DNA of 64,000 nucleotides from an uncultured Clostridia bacterium (GCA_947176265.1 CAMWQA010000001.1:11772-75771), one strand, 5' to 3'. Shown: positions 9,949 to 19,846, counted from the stretch's first letter. Notes: a model not told the origin generated them from the sequence alone. Program-made: numbers and translations.

Positions 9949-11142
9949 ATGCACAGCAATAAAAAAGAATGCGTAGCCATGTTGTTGGCTGGCGGACAGG
10001 GCACGAGGCTCTACTCTTTGACGAGAGATTTGGCAAAGCCTGCCGTATCATTTGGAGGAAAGTATAGAATTATCGACTTTCCTCTGTCAAATTGTATTAA
10101 TTCAAACATAGACACCATAGGCGTATTGACACAATACAAGCCTTTTGACCTCAACCAATATATTGGCAACGGTCAGCCTTGGGATCTTGACAGACTCAAC
10201 GGCGGAGTATTTGTCTTGCCTCCGTATATGAAAGGCGAGACTTCCGATTGGTATAAGGGCACGGCAAACGCGATTTATCAAAATATAGAATTTGTAGATA
10301 AATTCTCTCCCGAGTACGTTCTCATACTTTCGGGCGACCATATCTACAAGATGGACTATGCGCAAATGCTTGCATACCACAAAGAAAAAGGCGCAGACTG
10401 CACGATTGCAGTCATCAACGTATCTTTGGAAGAGGCTTCGAGATTTGGTATTATGAACACCAATCCCGACAACTCGGTATACGAGTTTGCGGAGAAGCCA
10501 AAGCATCCAAAGAGCACCAACGCGTCTATGGGTATATACATATTCAATTGGGCGAAACTCCGTAAGTATTTGATTGAGGACGAAGAGGACAAGACCTCGC
10601 AAAACGACTTTGGAAAGAACATTATTCCAAAGATGCTTGCCGACGGACAAAAACTCTTTGCGTACAACTTCTCGGGATATTGGAAAGACGTAGGAACAAT
10701 CTCGTCGCTTTGGGAAGCAAATATGGACGTGCTCAATACTTCGAGCGGCATCAATCTTGACGACAGCGCTTGGAAGATATACGCAAGAAATACCGCAGAA
10801 CCGCCGCATTTCGTAGGAAAGAACGCAATCATCAACAATTCGCTTGTGACGGAAGGCTGTGAAATCAACGGCAAAGTCGTCAACAGCGTACTGTCCACGG
10901 GAGTGGAGATTTGCGAGGGCGCAACGGTAGAAGATTCAACTATAATGCCCGGCGCAAAGATTTGCAAAGGCGCGGTAGTAAAATACGCCATCGTCGGCAA
11001 CAACGCAGTCGTTGGAGAAAACGCCGTAGTAGGAGCTAAACAAGACGGTATGGTCGACGGACAGTGGCAAATTACAGTCATAGGACCTAACGCAACGGTG
11101 GAAGCAAATCAAGTCGTGCCTGTCAAGGCAATGGTAGATTAA
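9949..11142 (+). CDS. glgC: Glucose-1-phosphate adenylyltransferase
   Basis: [37 protein letters not shown], plus a C-terminal left-handed beta-helix repeat region. SD AGGAGGG. Confidence 0.92.
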   Translation: MHSNKKECVAMLLAGGQGTRLYSLTRDLAKPAVSFGGKYRIIDFPLSNCINSNIDTIGVLTQYKPFDLNQYIGNGQPWDLDRLNGGVFVLPPYMKGETSDWYKGTANAIYQNIEFVDKFSPEYVLILSGDHIYKMDYAQMLAYHKEKGADCTIAVINVSLEEASRFGIMNTNPDNSVYEFAEKPKHPKSTNASMGIYIFNWAKLRKYLIEDEEDKTSQNDFGKNIIPKMLADGQKLFAYNFSGYWKDVGTISSLWEANMDVLNTSSGINLDDSAWKIYARNTAEPPHFVGKNAIINNSLVTEGCEINGKVVNSVLSTGVEICEGATVEDSTIMPGAKICKGAVVKYAIVGNNAVVGENAVVGAKQDGMVDGQWQITVIGPNATVEANQVVPVKAMVD

Positions 11143-11155
11143 GGAGGAAAGGCAA

Positions 11156-12268
11156 ATGAACAACGCTATGAGTATTATTTTCGCAAGCGACAACGAGTCA
11201 AAACTCAACGAATTGACTTTGCACCGTACGACGGCGTCTTTGCCATTCGGCGGCAGATATAGATGTATCGACTTTGCGCTTTCCAATCTTGTCAACAGCT
11301 CGATCACTTCGATAGGTATAATCACGCGCAACAACTATTCTTCGCTTATGGATCATATCCGTATGGGTCGCGATTGGGACCTTAATAGAAAAAACAGCGG
11401 TATCGTAGTATTTCCGCCGTACGCTTCCAATACTTCGACCAACGTATTCAAGGGTAAGATAGAAGCGCTTTACGGAATCCTTGATTTCTTAGAGCCTTCA
11501 GACGACGAGTACGTAATCGTAACCAACAGCAATATCATTGCAAGTATTGACTTCGACGAAGTATATGCGGCTCATATTGCAAGCGGCGCAGACATAACTA
11601 TGTTGACTTATAACGCAAAGCCCACGACTTCGAGAAGAGTAGTCGTAGAGAGCGATTTGAGCGGAAGAGTAAGAGGTATGAGAATTACGCGCGACGCAAG
11701 CGATACAGAATACGAATTGGGACTCTTCTGTTATTTGTTTAATAGAAAGCAACTTATTCAACTTGTATCAGATAGCTATGAAAGAGGCAAGATAGACTTT
11801 GAGAGAGATATTTTGCAAGCCAATCTTGACGTGCTCAATATTCACGCGTACAAAGTCAAAGGTCACGCCGCGCTCGTAGACGATATCAAGTCGTACTATA
11901 GAGAGAGTATGGAGATACTTGACGCAAACGTGCGCAACAGTTTGTTTGACAGCGCGGGCAAAGTATTTACAAAGGTCAAGGACAGCGTGCCTACGAGGTA
12001 TTACAGCGGAGCAAAGGTTGTCAACAGCCTGATTGCAGACGGTTGTAAAATCAACGGCAGAGTTGAGAATTCAATTCTCTTCCGTGGAGTTGTCGTCGAA
12101 GCGGGAGCGGAAGTCGTCAACAGTATCGTAATGGAAAACGGAAAGATTATGAAGGGTTCAAAGCTCAACTACGCCATTACCGATAAAAACGTAACCGTTA
12201 CGGAGGACAAAGCGCTCAGCGGCAGCGACGCTTATCCGGTCGTAGTTGTAAAGAACAAAACGGTTTGA
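11156..12268 (+). CDS. glgD: Glucose-1-phosphate adenylyltransferase regulatory subunit GlgD
   Basis: Paralog of GlgC lacking the GGxGxRL loop (FASDNESKLNELTLHRTTASLPFGGRYRCIDF). Sits in the Firmicute glgC-glgD position. Confidence 0.85.
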   Translation: MNNAMSIIFASDNESKLNELTLHRTTASLPFGGRYRCIDFALSNLVNSSITSIGIITRNNYSSLMDHIRMGRDWDLNRKNSGIVVFPPYASNTSTNVFKGKIEALYGILDFLEPSDDEYVIVTNSNIIASIDFDEVYAAHIASGADITMLTYNAKPTTSRRVVVESDLSGRVRGMRITRDASDTEYELGLFCYLFNRKQLIQLVSDSYERGKIDFERDILQANLDVLNIHAYKVKGHAALVDDIKSYYRESMEILDANVRNSLFDSAGKVFTKVKDSVPTRYYSGAKVVNSLIADGCKINGRVENSILFRGVVVEAGAEVVNSIVMENGKIMKGSKLNYAITDKNVTVTEDKALSGSDAYPVVVVKNKTV

Positions 12269-12294
12269 TAAGATTATATGATGATTTTTAACAC

Positions 12295-12372
12295 TCGCCA
12301 AAAGCGAATATAACTTTGCCAAAGGCAAAATATAACTCCGACGCAGTCGGAATATAACTGTCGCAAAGCGAC
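12295..12372 (+). repeat. Tandem mini-hairpin array A: four 13-nt palindromes separated by AATATAACT
   Basis: TCGCcaaaaGCGA, TTGCCaaaGGCAA, CCGACgcaGTCGG and GTCGCaaaGCGAC start at 12295, 12316, 12338 and 12360 (22-nt period). The first three are followed by (A)ATATAACT. Confidence 0.85.
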
Positions 12373-12389
12373 ATAAGGAGGATAGCGCT

Positions 12390-13883
12390 ATGCCAGCTAA
12401 AACTAAGAAGTCTGCGACTTCGACTCAACGAGAGAAGAAAACCAAGATAGATTTTGACAAAAAGATATTATTTGCGACTTCGGAGGCAGTGCCGTTTATC
12501 AAGACGGGCGGACTGGCTGACGTAGCGGGTTCGCTTCCAAAGGCTCTGGTAGACGGCGGAGTCGATTGTAGGGTTATCCTACCGCTTTATATGGATATAA
12601 AGCAAGAATTGAGAGACAAGATGACCTATATAGGCAATATATACGTTTCTCTCTCTTGGCGCTATCAGTATTGCGGACTTTTCAAAGCCGAAGTCGACGG
12701 CGTAACGTACTATCTTATCGACAACGAATATTACTTCAAGCGCAGCGGACTTTACGGCTACTATGACGACGGAGAGAGATTTGCTTTCTTTGCAAGGGCG
12801 GTAATCGAAAGCGTAAGACTTATGGACGGTTTTGTGCCTGATATTATTCATTCCAACGATTGGCAGACCGCGCTGATACCGGTATTCCTCGACGTATTCT
12901 ACAGAGGCGACGAGCTTTTCAAAAACGTTAAGACGGTGTTTACCATTCACAATATTGAATTCCAAGGCAGATACAGCGGATTTATGTCCGGCGACGTACT
13001 CGGTCTTCCCACTTGGGCAAGAGAGTACGTGGACTTTGACGGAGACGTCAACTATATGAAAGGCGGTATCGAGAGAGCCAACAAGGTTACGACGGTTTCG
13101 CAGACGTACGCGCAGGAGATACTCAATTCTTATTTCGGCTACGGTATGAACAATATTTTAGTCAACAGACAGTTCAAACTTTCGGGAATTATCAACGGCA
13201 TAGACGTCAAGTCCAACGACCCGAAGACGGACAAATTTGCGTACAGCAACTATGACCTCGACACCTTTGAATTAAAGGCTGACAATAAGACGGCTTTCCA
13301 AAAGGATTTGGGACTTCCCGTTGATAAAAATATACCTATGATAGGTATGGTAGGCAGACTTACGCACCAAAAGGGATTGGATTTGCTTTCGCCTATAATC
13401 ACGAGAATACTCGATATGGGAGTCCAACTCGTCGTTTTGGGTACGGGCGATTATAAATACGAAGAGATGCTTAGAAGCTGTCAAAGCAGATATCCAAACA
13501 ACTTGCGCGCGCTCATTACTTTCTCGGGAGAACTTGCAAGTAAGATATATTGCGCAAGCGATATGTTCCTTATGCCTTCCAAATTCGAGCCGTGCGGACT
13601 TTCGCAGATGATTGCAATGAGATACGGTTCGTTGCCAATAGTTAGAGAAACCGGCGGACTCAAAGACACTGTCATTCCTTATGATTACACTACCGGCAAA
13701 GGAACTGGTTTTACTTTCTATTCTTACAACGCTTACGATATGCTCAACGCTGTCGAGAGAGCGGTGGGAATGTACAGAGACTATAAGCAAGACTGGCAAA
13801 AGATAGTCGACAACGCTATGACTCAGGACTTTAGTTGGAAAAATATCGCTCTTCGTTACGTAGATTTGTACAAAGAGTTGTAA
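12390..13883 (+). CDS. glgA: Glycogen synthase (ADP-glucose type)
   Basis: ILFATSEAVPFIKTGGLADVAGSLPKAL is the KTGGL motif. The C-terminus has the GT5 EPCGLSQM motif. SD AAGGAGG. Confidence 0.92.
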   Translation: MPAKTKKSATSTQREKKTKIDFDKKILFATSEAVPFIKTGGLADVAGSLPKALVDGGVDCRVILPLYMDIKQELRDKMTYIGNIYVSLSWRYQYCGLFKAEVDGVTYYLIDNEYYFKRSGLYGYYDDGERFAFFARAVIESVRLMDGFVPDIIHSNDWQTALIPVFLDVFYRGDELFKNVKTVFTIHNIEFQGRYSGFMSGDVLGLPTWAREYVDFDGDVNYMKGGIERANKVTTVSQTYAQEILNSYFGYGMNNILVNRQFKLSGIINGIDVKSNDPKTDKFAYSNYDLDTFELKADNKTAFQKDLGLPVDKNIPMIGMVGRLTHQKGLDLLSPIITRILDMGVQLVVLGTGDYKYEEMLRSCQSRYPNNLRALITFSGELASKIYCASDMFLMPSKFEPCGLSQMIAMRYGSLPIVRETGGLKDTVIPYDYTTGKGTGFTFYSYNAYDMLNAVERAVGMYRDYKQDWQKIVDNAMTQDFSWKNIALRYVDLYKEL

Positions 13884-14073
13884 ATATTCAAAAAAAATAG
13901 GTAAAAATTTATAAAATATTGATTTTTTATAAAAAATCTCTATTTTAGCTTGCAAAATGTAGCACAAAAGCAAAATATATGATATAATTTTAAGGTACAA
14001 ATTTGTCGGGAAGATTTTTAAAAGCTCTTTTTCGGCAGGTTTGACAATATTTTTGCTTATTTTGGAGAAAGTA

Positions 14074-16560
14074 ATGGAAAATCAAGTAAAAGAACTTAAA
14101 AAGATTGTATCGCTCAAATGCCAGACTTACTTCGGTACGACGATTGAGAATGCAAGTAAGAATCAAATTTACAGAGCAATCTGCATGACTGTCAGAGATA
14201 TCCTCACCGACAAGCGTCTTGCCTTTAAGAAAAAGAGATTGGAGCAAGGCTCAAAGCAAGTTTATTATATGTCAATGGAGTTTTTGCTTGGCAGATCGCT
14301 CAAAAATCACCTTTACAATCTCAAGATGACCGACGTATTTGACGGACTTTGCAAAGAGCTCGGTTATTCCATAGAAGATATGTACGCTATAGAGCCCGAC
14401 GCCGGACTCGGCAACGGAGGACTTGGCAGACTTGCGGCTGCGTACATGGAGTCTTTGACAAATCTCAATTACGTTGCAAGCGGTTTTTCCATAAGATACG
14501 ACTACGGCATATTCAAACAAAAGATAGAGGACGGTTGGCAAGTAGAACTTCCCGACGAATGGCTTGAGAACGGCGACGTATGGCTTTCTCCCAGAATGGA
14601 AGATACTTTTGAAGTCAAGTTTGGCGGATATATCGACGAGAGATGGGACAACGGCAGACTTTATATTGACCAAAAAGATTGCTACACCGTGCAGGCTATA
14701 CCTTACGATATGAATATCAGCGGTTACGACGTGCCTGCAGTCAACAAGTTGAGACTTTGGACGGCAAAAGCGCCCGTCGATTTCGATATGAAGCTCTTTG
14801 CAGAGGGCGAATACGTCAAGTCTTTGGAACAAAAGGCTTTGGCAGAGAGTATCTGTAAAGTACTTTATCCGGCAGACCACCACCAAGAAGGCAAAATGTT
14901 GAGACTTAAACAACAGTACTTCTTCGTATCTGCGTCAATTCAATCGATTCTCAAACAACACATCAAAGATTACAAGACTTTGGATACGCTTCCAGATAAG
15001 GTTGCTATACATATCAACGATACGCACCCCACGCTTTGCATTCCCGAACTTATGAGATTACTTCTCGACGAGTATGGCTATTCTTGGGACAAGGCTTGGA
15101 AGATAGTTACGCGCACCACGTCGTACACCAACCACACGGTTATGGCAGAGGCGCTTGAGAAATGGCCGGAGGGATTGTTTAAACAACTCTTGCCGAGAAT
15201 TTATCAAATCGTATGTGAAATCAATCGCAGATTTACCGACGAGCTTTGGGCGTTCTATCCCAACGATTACGGCAAAGTTGAATACAACGCAGTACTCTCG
15301 GGCGGTCAAGTCAAGATGGCTAATCTTTGCTTGGCGGCTTCGCATACTGTCAACGGCGTATCGGCGTTGCACTCGCAGATACTCAAAGACGAAGTATTTA
15401 GAGACTGCTACAATATGCATCCAAAGAATTTTACCAACGTTACCAACGGTATTACCTATAGAAGATGGCTTTGTCAATCCAATCTGTTGCTTTCGGAGTA
15501 TATAGAGAAACTTATCGGAGACGGCTTTAAGCAAGACGCTGACAAACTCAAAAACCTTGCAAAGTATGCGGACGACAAGGCGGTACTCGACAAGATTTTG
15601 AAGATTAAGAGAGAGAATAAGGTCAGACTTGCAAAGTATATCAAAGAGCACAACGGCGTCGACGTCAATCCCGATTCCATTTTTGACGTACAGGTCAAGA
15701 GATTGCACGAGTATAAGAGACAGCTTCTCAATGCGCTTCACATTCTTGATTTATATTACAGATTGAAAGAAAATCCAAATCTCGATATCAATCCGCGTAC
15801 GTTTATATTCGGCGCAAAGGCTGCTCCAAGCTACTATATGGCAAAACAAATTATTCGCCTTATACATTCGCTTGGCGATCTTATCAATAACGATCCAGAC
15901 ATCAACGGCAAAATTAAAGTAGTGTATATCGAGAACTACAGAGTTACGCTTGCAGAGATTATTATGCCTGCTTCCGACGTATCGGAGCAAATCTCCATTG
16001 CGGGTAAAGAAGCGAGCGGTACGGGTAATATGAAGTTTATGATCAACGGCGCAGTGACCATGGGTACTATGGACGGCGCAAATATAGAGATATTCGAAAA
16101 CGTAGGCAAGGACAATATCTTTATCTTCGGTATGCTTGCAAGCGAGATAAACGAACTCAACCGCAGAGGCTACAATCCAAGAGAGTATTACAATAGCAAT
16201 CAAAGAATCAAACGCGTTATCGACGGTTTGAGAGGCGGTATCGCAGGAGTTAACTACGGCGAGATTGCAGACGCTTTGATTTCCAGCGACGGCTACAAGG
16301 TGCTTGCAGACTTCCAATCCTATTGCGATTGCCAAGACAGATTGGATAAGGCTTACAGCGACAAATACGCTTGGGCAAAGATGTCTCTTCTCAACACGGC
16401 AAACGCAGGCTTCTTCTCTTCGGACAGAAGCGTAAAAGAATACGCCGACAGAATTTGGAAGATGAACCCCGTCAACTATTCTTCCAATGCGACGGCAGAA
16501 AAGCAAGTAGAGAAGCCGGCAAAGAAGACTACCGCAACAAAGGCGACGAAAAAGAAGTAA
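14074..16560 (+). CDS. glgP: Glycogen/maltodextrin phosphorylase with a Lys-rich C-terminal tail
   Basis: GT35 motifs are present (EPDAGLGNGGLGRLAA; the PLP site ISIAGKEASGTGNMKF). The start is set at ATG 14074 (GGAG upstream) instead of the track TTG 14041. Confidence 0.9.
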   Translation: MENQVKELKKIVSLKCQTYFGTTIENASKNQIYRAICMTVRDILTDKRLAFKKKRLEQGSKQVYYMSMEFLLGRSLKNHLYNLKMTDVFDGLCKELGYSIEDMYAIEPDAGLGNGGLGRLAAAYMESLTNLNYVASGFSIRYDYGIFKQKIEDGWQVELPDEWLENGDVWLSPRMEDTFEVKFGGYIDERWDNGRLYIDQKDCYTVQAIPYDMNISGYDVPAVNKLRLWTAKAPVDFDMKLFAEGEYVKSLEQKALAESICKVLYPADHHQEGKMLRLKQQYFFVSASIQSILKQHIKDYKTLDTLPDKVAIHINDTHPTLCIPELMRLLLDEYGYSWDKAWKIVTRTTSYTNHTVMAEALEKWPEGLFKQLLPRIYQIVCEINRRFTDELWAFYPNDYGKVEYNAVLSGGQVKMANLCLAASHTVNGVSALHSQILKDEVFRDCYNMHPKNFTNVTNGITYRRWLCQSNLLLSEYIEKLIGDGFKQDADKLKNLAKYADDKAVLDKILKIKRENKVRLAKYIKEHNGVDVNPDSIFDVQVKRLHEYKRQLLNALHILDLYYRLKENPNLDINPRTFIFGAKAAPSYYMAKQIIRLIHSLGDLINNDPDINGKIKVVYIENYRVTLAEIIMPASDVSEQISIAGKEASGTGNMKFMINGAVTMGTMDGANIEIFENVGKDNIFIFGMLASEINELNRRGYNPREYYNSNQRIKRVIDGLRGGIAGVNYGEIADALISSDGYKVLADFQSYCDCQDRLDKAYSDKYAWAKMSLLNTANAGFFSSDRSVKEYADRIWKMNPVNYSSNATAEKQVEKPAKKTTATKATKKK

Positions 16561-16573
16561 TAACTGACGCAAC

Positions 16574-16601
16574 GTCATTTCGAGCGGAGTCGAGAAATCT
16601 C
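16574..16601 (+). repeat. Family-1 dispersed repeat, copy a
   Basis: GTCATTTCgagcggagtcgaGAAATCTC, of the same family as 19729, 19799, 19847, 50145, 59377 and 63485. Confidence 0.75.
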
Positions 16602-16676
16602 AAATCCGTACAAATAAAAGCATAACTCAAATAGCCTTGTTCGCCTTGAATGAGGCTATTAAAATGAGGATAGACA

Positions 16677-18497
16677 GTGAGAGACCTGATATATTTCGAC
16701 AGCAAAAATCCCCATTGCAAATCTCCTTTTGGGAGTGTGGAGCAAGACGAAGAAATGACTTTCAAAATCTTCGTCAAGGACGGAGTATTTATTCACGCCG
16801 TTGAGTTGCACATTTACGAAGACGGAGCGGACGTACCCTTCGTTTTTCATATGTCTTTCAATTGCAAGAGGGGAAACGAGAGCGAATATATTGCCAAAAT
16901 CAATCTCAACAAAGTCGGACTTTATTGGTACAGATTTTTATTCAAGACGGAGAATGGAGAATTTGAGTACCGCAGAGAGGGAGACGACTTTCAACTTACC
17001 GTATACGACAAAAATTACGTCACGCCCGATTGGGTCAAAGGCGGCGTAATATATCACGTTTTTGTCGATAGATTTTGCAAAGGCAAAGACGACAATGCGG
17101 TATTCAAAAAGAACGGCGTATTGAAGAATTGGGGCGAAGAGGTAACCATAGTCGATTCAGACGGGGTATTCAGAGCCAACGACTTTTACGGCGGCAACTT
17201 TCAAGGCATTATAGATAAATTGCCCTACCTCAAGAAACTTGGAGTAACCTTGCTTTATTTATCTCCAATATTCAAGTCGTCGTCAAATCACAGATACGAT
17301 ACTGGCGATTACGAGTTTGTAGACGAACTTTTGGGAGACGAAGATAAATTCAAAGAGCTTTTGCAAAAAGCGGCGAGTATGGGAATATACGTCATGCTTG
17401 ACGGCGTATTCAATCACACGGGCGCAGATAGCAAGTATTTCAACAAATTCGGCAATTATCCTACTTTGGGCGCATATCAATCGAGACAAAGCGAGTACTA
17501 CGATTGGTTTGATTTCTATAATTTCCCCGACGAATACCACTGTTGGTGGGGCATTACCGTCACGCCTACGATAAGCCAGAGAGCGATAGCGTTTAGAGAA
17601 ATGATAAGCGGAGAAGGCGGCATTATAGACAAGTGGACGGGGCTTGGCGTCAAAGGTTGGAGACTTGACGTAGTAGACGAGTTGAGAGAAGATTTCGTCG
17701 AGGATATACGATGGGCGGTAAAGCGCAACGGCGAAGACAATTTGTTAATTGGCGAGGTATGGGAAGACGCGTCAAACAAAATTGCCTATTCTTATCGCAG
17801 ACATTATTTCCAAGGCAAAGAACTTGACGGCGTAATGAATTATCCTTTTAAGGAAGCTACTTTAGCGTACGCATTGGGCGGAAGCGCAACCGACTTTGCA
17901 AATACCGTAATGACTATCGTGGAGAATTATCCAAAGCAATCTTTGGACGTGACAATGAATTTAATTGACTCCCATGACACGGCAAGAGCCTTGAGCGTGT
18001 TGAGCGGCGTGGATATGAGCGGTACGGATAAGGAATACCGCAAGAATTTCCGTTTGAGCAAAGAAGGCTATGATTTTGCAAAACGCAGATTAAAATTAGC
18101 GTCTACTTTGCAGTTTATGCTCCCCGGCGTGCCTTCGATTTTCTACGGCGACGAGCAGGGCATGGAAGGCTATGAAGATCCGTTGTGCAGACGCGCTCTC
18201 GATTGGGATAATATCGACAAAGAATTGTTAGAGCATTATATCCGACTTGGAAAAATCCGCAATAAGTATAAGACGCAAATTTGCGGCAACACGTATTTTG
18301 AAAATCAAAACGGCTTACTCGCGCTTTGTCGCAGAGGCGGAAAGAAGGTATTGAAGGTCGTTGCCAACAACACTGAGCATACGCAGACGTTCTATTGTCC
18401 TAAGGCAAAACAGGAATTGCTGTCGGGAGAGAAATTGCAAGGAGATACGTTTGAGATCTTAGCGGGCGAAGTAAAAATCTTTGAAATTTTACTTTAA
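16677..18497 (+). CDS. GH13 alpha-glucosidase/neopullulanase-like enzyme
   Basis: GH13 regions I-IV are present: DGVFNH, GWRLDVVDE, EVWE, LIDSHD. GTG start 6 nt after GAGGA. Confidence 0.8.
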   Translation: MRDLIYFDSKNPHCKSPFGSVEQDEEMTFKIFVKDGVFIHAVELHIYEDGADVPFVFHMSFNCKRGNESEYIAKINLNKVGLYWYRFLFKTENGEFEYRREGDDFQLTVYDKNYVTPDWVKGGVIYHVFVDRFCKGKDDNAVFKKNGVLKNWGEEVTIVDSDGVFRANDFYGGNFQGIIDKLPYLKKLGVTLLYLSPIFKSSSNHRYDTGDYEFVDELLGDEDKFKELLQKAASMGIYVMLDGVFNHTGADSKYFNKFGNYPTLGAYQSRQSEYYDWFDFYNFPDEYHCWWGITVTPTISQRAIAFREMISGEGGIIDKWTGLGVKGWRLDVVDELREDFVEDIRWAVKRNGEDNLLIGEVWEDASNKIAYSYRRHYFQGKELDGVMNYPFKEATLAYALGGSATDFANTVMTIVENYPKQSLDVTMNLIDSHDTARALSVLSGVDMSGTDKEYRKNFRLSKEGYDFAKRRLKLASTLQFMLPGVPSIFYGDEQGMEGYEDPLCRRALDWDNIDKELLEHYIRLGKIRNKYKTQICGNTYFENQNGLLALCRRGGKKVLKVVANNTEHTQTFYCPKAKQELLSGEKLQGDTFEILAGEVKIFEILL

Positions 18498-18596
18498 AAC
18501 TGTGGTATTATCTAATTGCCTTTGATATAATACAATAGATAAAAATTTTTAAACTTGCGAGATATAAAATGTTTTGCAAGGCATATGAGAGGACTT

Positions 18597-19562
18597 ATGA
18601 AAAAAATAGGAGTTTTAACAAGCGGCGGAGATTCGCCGGGCATGAACGCTTGCGTAAGAGCAGTCGTTCGTTATGCAATTTACAACGGATTGAACGTATA
18701 CGGCATTGAGCGCGGATATTCGGGTCTCATCAACAATCATATCAATGAGATGAATAAGCGTTCGGTATCTGACATTATCCAAAGGGGCGGTACTATTCTC
18801 AAGACTGCTAGATGTCCCGAATTCGTAGAGGATAAGTATATGCAGATTGCCGTAGAGAATATGGAAGCGTACGGCATTGACGGACTCGTCGTAATAGGCG
18901 GAGACGGCAGTTTTAGAGGCGCGCAGGATTTGTACACCAAGTTTGGCGTAAAGGTAATTGGTATCCCCGGTACTATTGACAATGATTTGGCTTACACAGA
19001 TTACACGCTTGGTTTTGACACAAGCGTAAATACCGTCGTGTCGGCAATCAACAATCTTCGCGATACTATGACGTCGCACGACAGAGTTTGTATCATAGAA
19101 GTTATGGGCAGAAAGTGCGGAGATATTGCGCTCTACGCAGGTATTTGCGGCGGCGCGGAAGTCATACTCGTGCCTGAAGTCGAGACCGATCTCACGCAAG
19201 TAGTCAAGAAGATTTGCCTCAACCAAAGAATTGGTAAGACGTCGGATATTATCGTACTTGCAGAGGGTGTATGCAAAGCCGAGGAACTCAAACAGTATCT
19301 TAAAGACAACGGCGTGACGGGCTCTATCAAGACGACTACGCTGGGATATATCCAAAGAGGCGGAGCGCCCACGATGTCCGACCGTGTGCTTGCAGCAAGA
19401 TGCGCAGTCAAGGCTGTCGACTTGCTTATGGCAGACAAGGGCGGCAGAGTAGTCGGCATAAGACAAAATCAAATCATTGATATGGATATCGAAGAGGCTC
19501 TTAAGATGCCAAGTAAGTTTAATAAGGAACTTTATGATACCGCAATGATATTGGGGTTGTAA
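18597..19562 (+). CDS. pfkA: ATP-dependent 6-phosphofructokinase
   Basis: MKKIGVLTSGGDSPGMNA..., GGDGS, PGTIDND. The start is moved to ATG 18597 (GAGAGGA upstream). Confidence 0.9.
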   Translation: MKKIGVLTSGGDSPGMNACVRAVVRYAIYNGLNVYGIERGYSGLINNHINEMNKRSVSDIIQRGGTILKTARCPEFVEDKYMQIAVENMEAYGIDGLVVIGGDGSFRGAQDLYTKFGVKVIGIPGTIDNDLAYTDYTLGFDTSVNTVVSAINNLRDTMTSHDRVCIIEVMGRKCGDIALYAGICGGAEVILVPEVETDLTQVVKKICLNQRIGKTSDIIVLAEGVCKAEELKQYLKDNGVTGSIKTTTLGYIQRGGAPTMSDRVLAARCAVKAVDLLMADKGGRVVGIRQNQIIDMDIEEALKMPSKFNKELYDTAMILGL

Positions 19563-19760
19563 GCTTCGCTCAGTAAGTAACCAACCGCATATAGCACAGC
19601 TCTTTTTGCCCTAACGACTGAATGCCCTCGGGGTCACGTACGGCAAGTACGCTTACCACTCGGTTATCGTCGCACGGACAAAAATAGCAGTACTCTCTGC
19701 GGTTGCGCTAAACTTTTTAAAGGTGGATGTCATTTCGACCGAAACGAAGCGGAGAAATCT
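19563..19760 (+). repeat. Composite ~200-bp 3'-flank element (family-2 core plus a family-1 end), copy a
   Basis: The core 19626-19663, CCTCGGGGTCACGTACGGCAAGTACGCTTACCACTCGG, matches the reverse complement of 60768-60805 at 36/38 nt. The flanks align by eye. The element ends in a family-1 unit at 19729-19760. Confidence 0.75.
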
Positions 19761-19798
19761 AAATCAATAAAAAAGAAGGCGAGAGAACTCTCGCCTTT

Positions 19799-19826
19799 GT
19801 CATTCTGAGCGTAGTCGAAGAATCTC
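19799..19826 (+). repeat. Family-1 dispersed repeat, copy c
   Basis: GTCATTCTgagcgtagtcgaAGAATCTC. Confidence 0.75.
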
Positions 19827-19846
19827 CCCGATTTAAAAACCCAATG

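Noticed and set aside
11156-12268. A second glgC copy as a recent duplication or pseudogene
   Set aside because: The sequence lacks the catalytic G-rich loop but is full-length with a strong SD. This is the known GlgD regulatory subunit arrangement of Firmicutes.
12295-12372. The hairpin-plus-9-mer arrays (also 54541-54642, 55178-55259 and 63308-63469) as CRISPR arrays
   Set aside because: The conserved unit is only about 9 nt and the variable parts are 11-29-nt palindromes at a ~22-nt period. CRISPR arrays have 24-48-nt repeats with non-palindromic spacers of similar length. There are no cas genes and no leader.
13919-13937. AT-only palindrome GATTTTTTATAAAAAATC after glgA as a terminator
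   Set aside because: The stem contains essentially no G:C pairs, so it is thermodynamically negligible. It is more likely just an AT-rich spacer or promoter region for glgP.
14272-16578. Several minus-strand ORFs (14272-14913, 15058-15741, 15751-16578) inside glgP
   Set aside because: They are antisense to a phosphorylase gene with canonical motifs. They have no SD or promoter and show no recognisable domains.
16630-16660. Hairpin AATAGCCT...AGGCTATT upstream of the GH13 gene as a terminator or riboswitch
   Set aside because: It has a 15-nt loop and no U tract, and it overlaps the SD region only marginally. The evidence is insufficient for any specific regulatory call.
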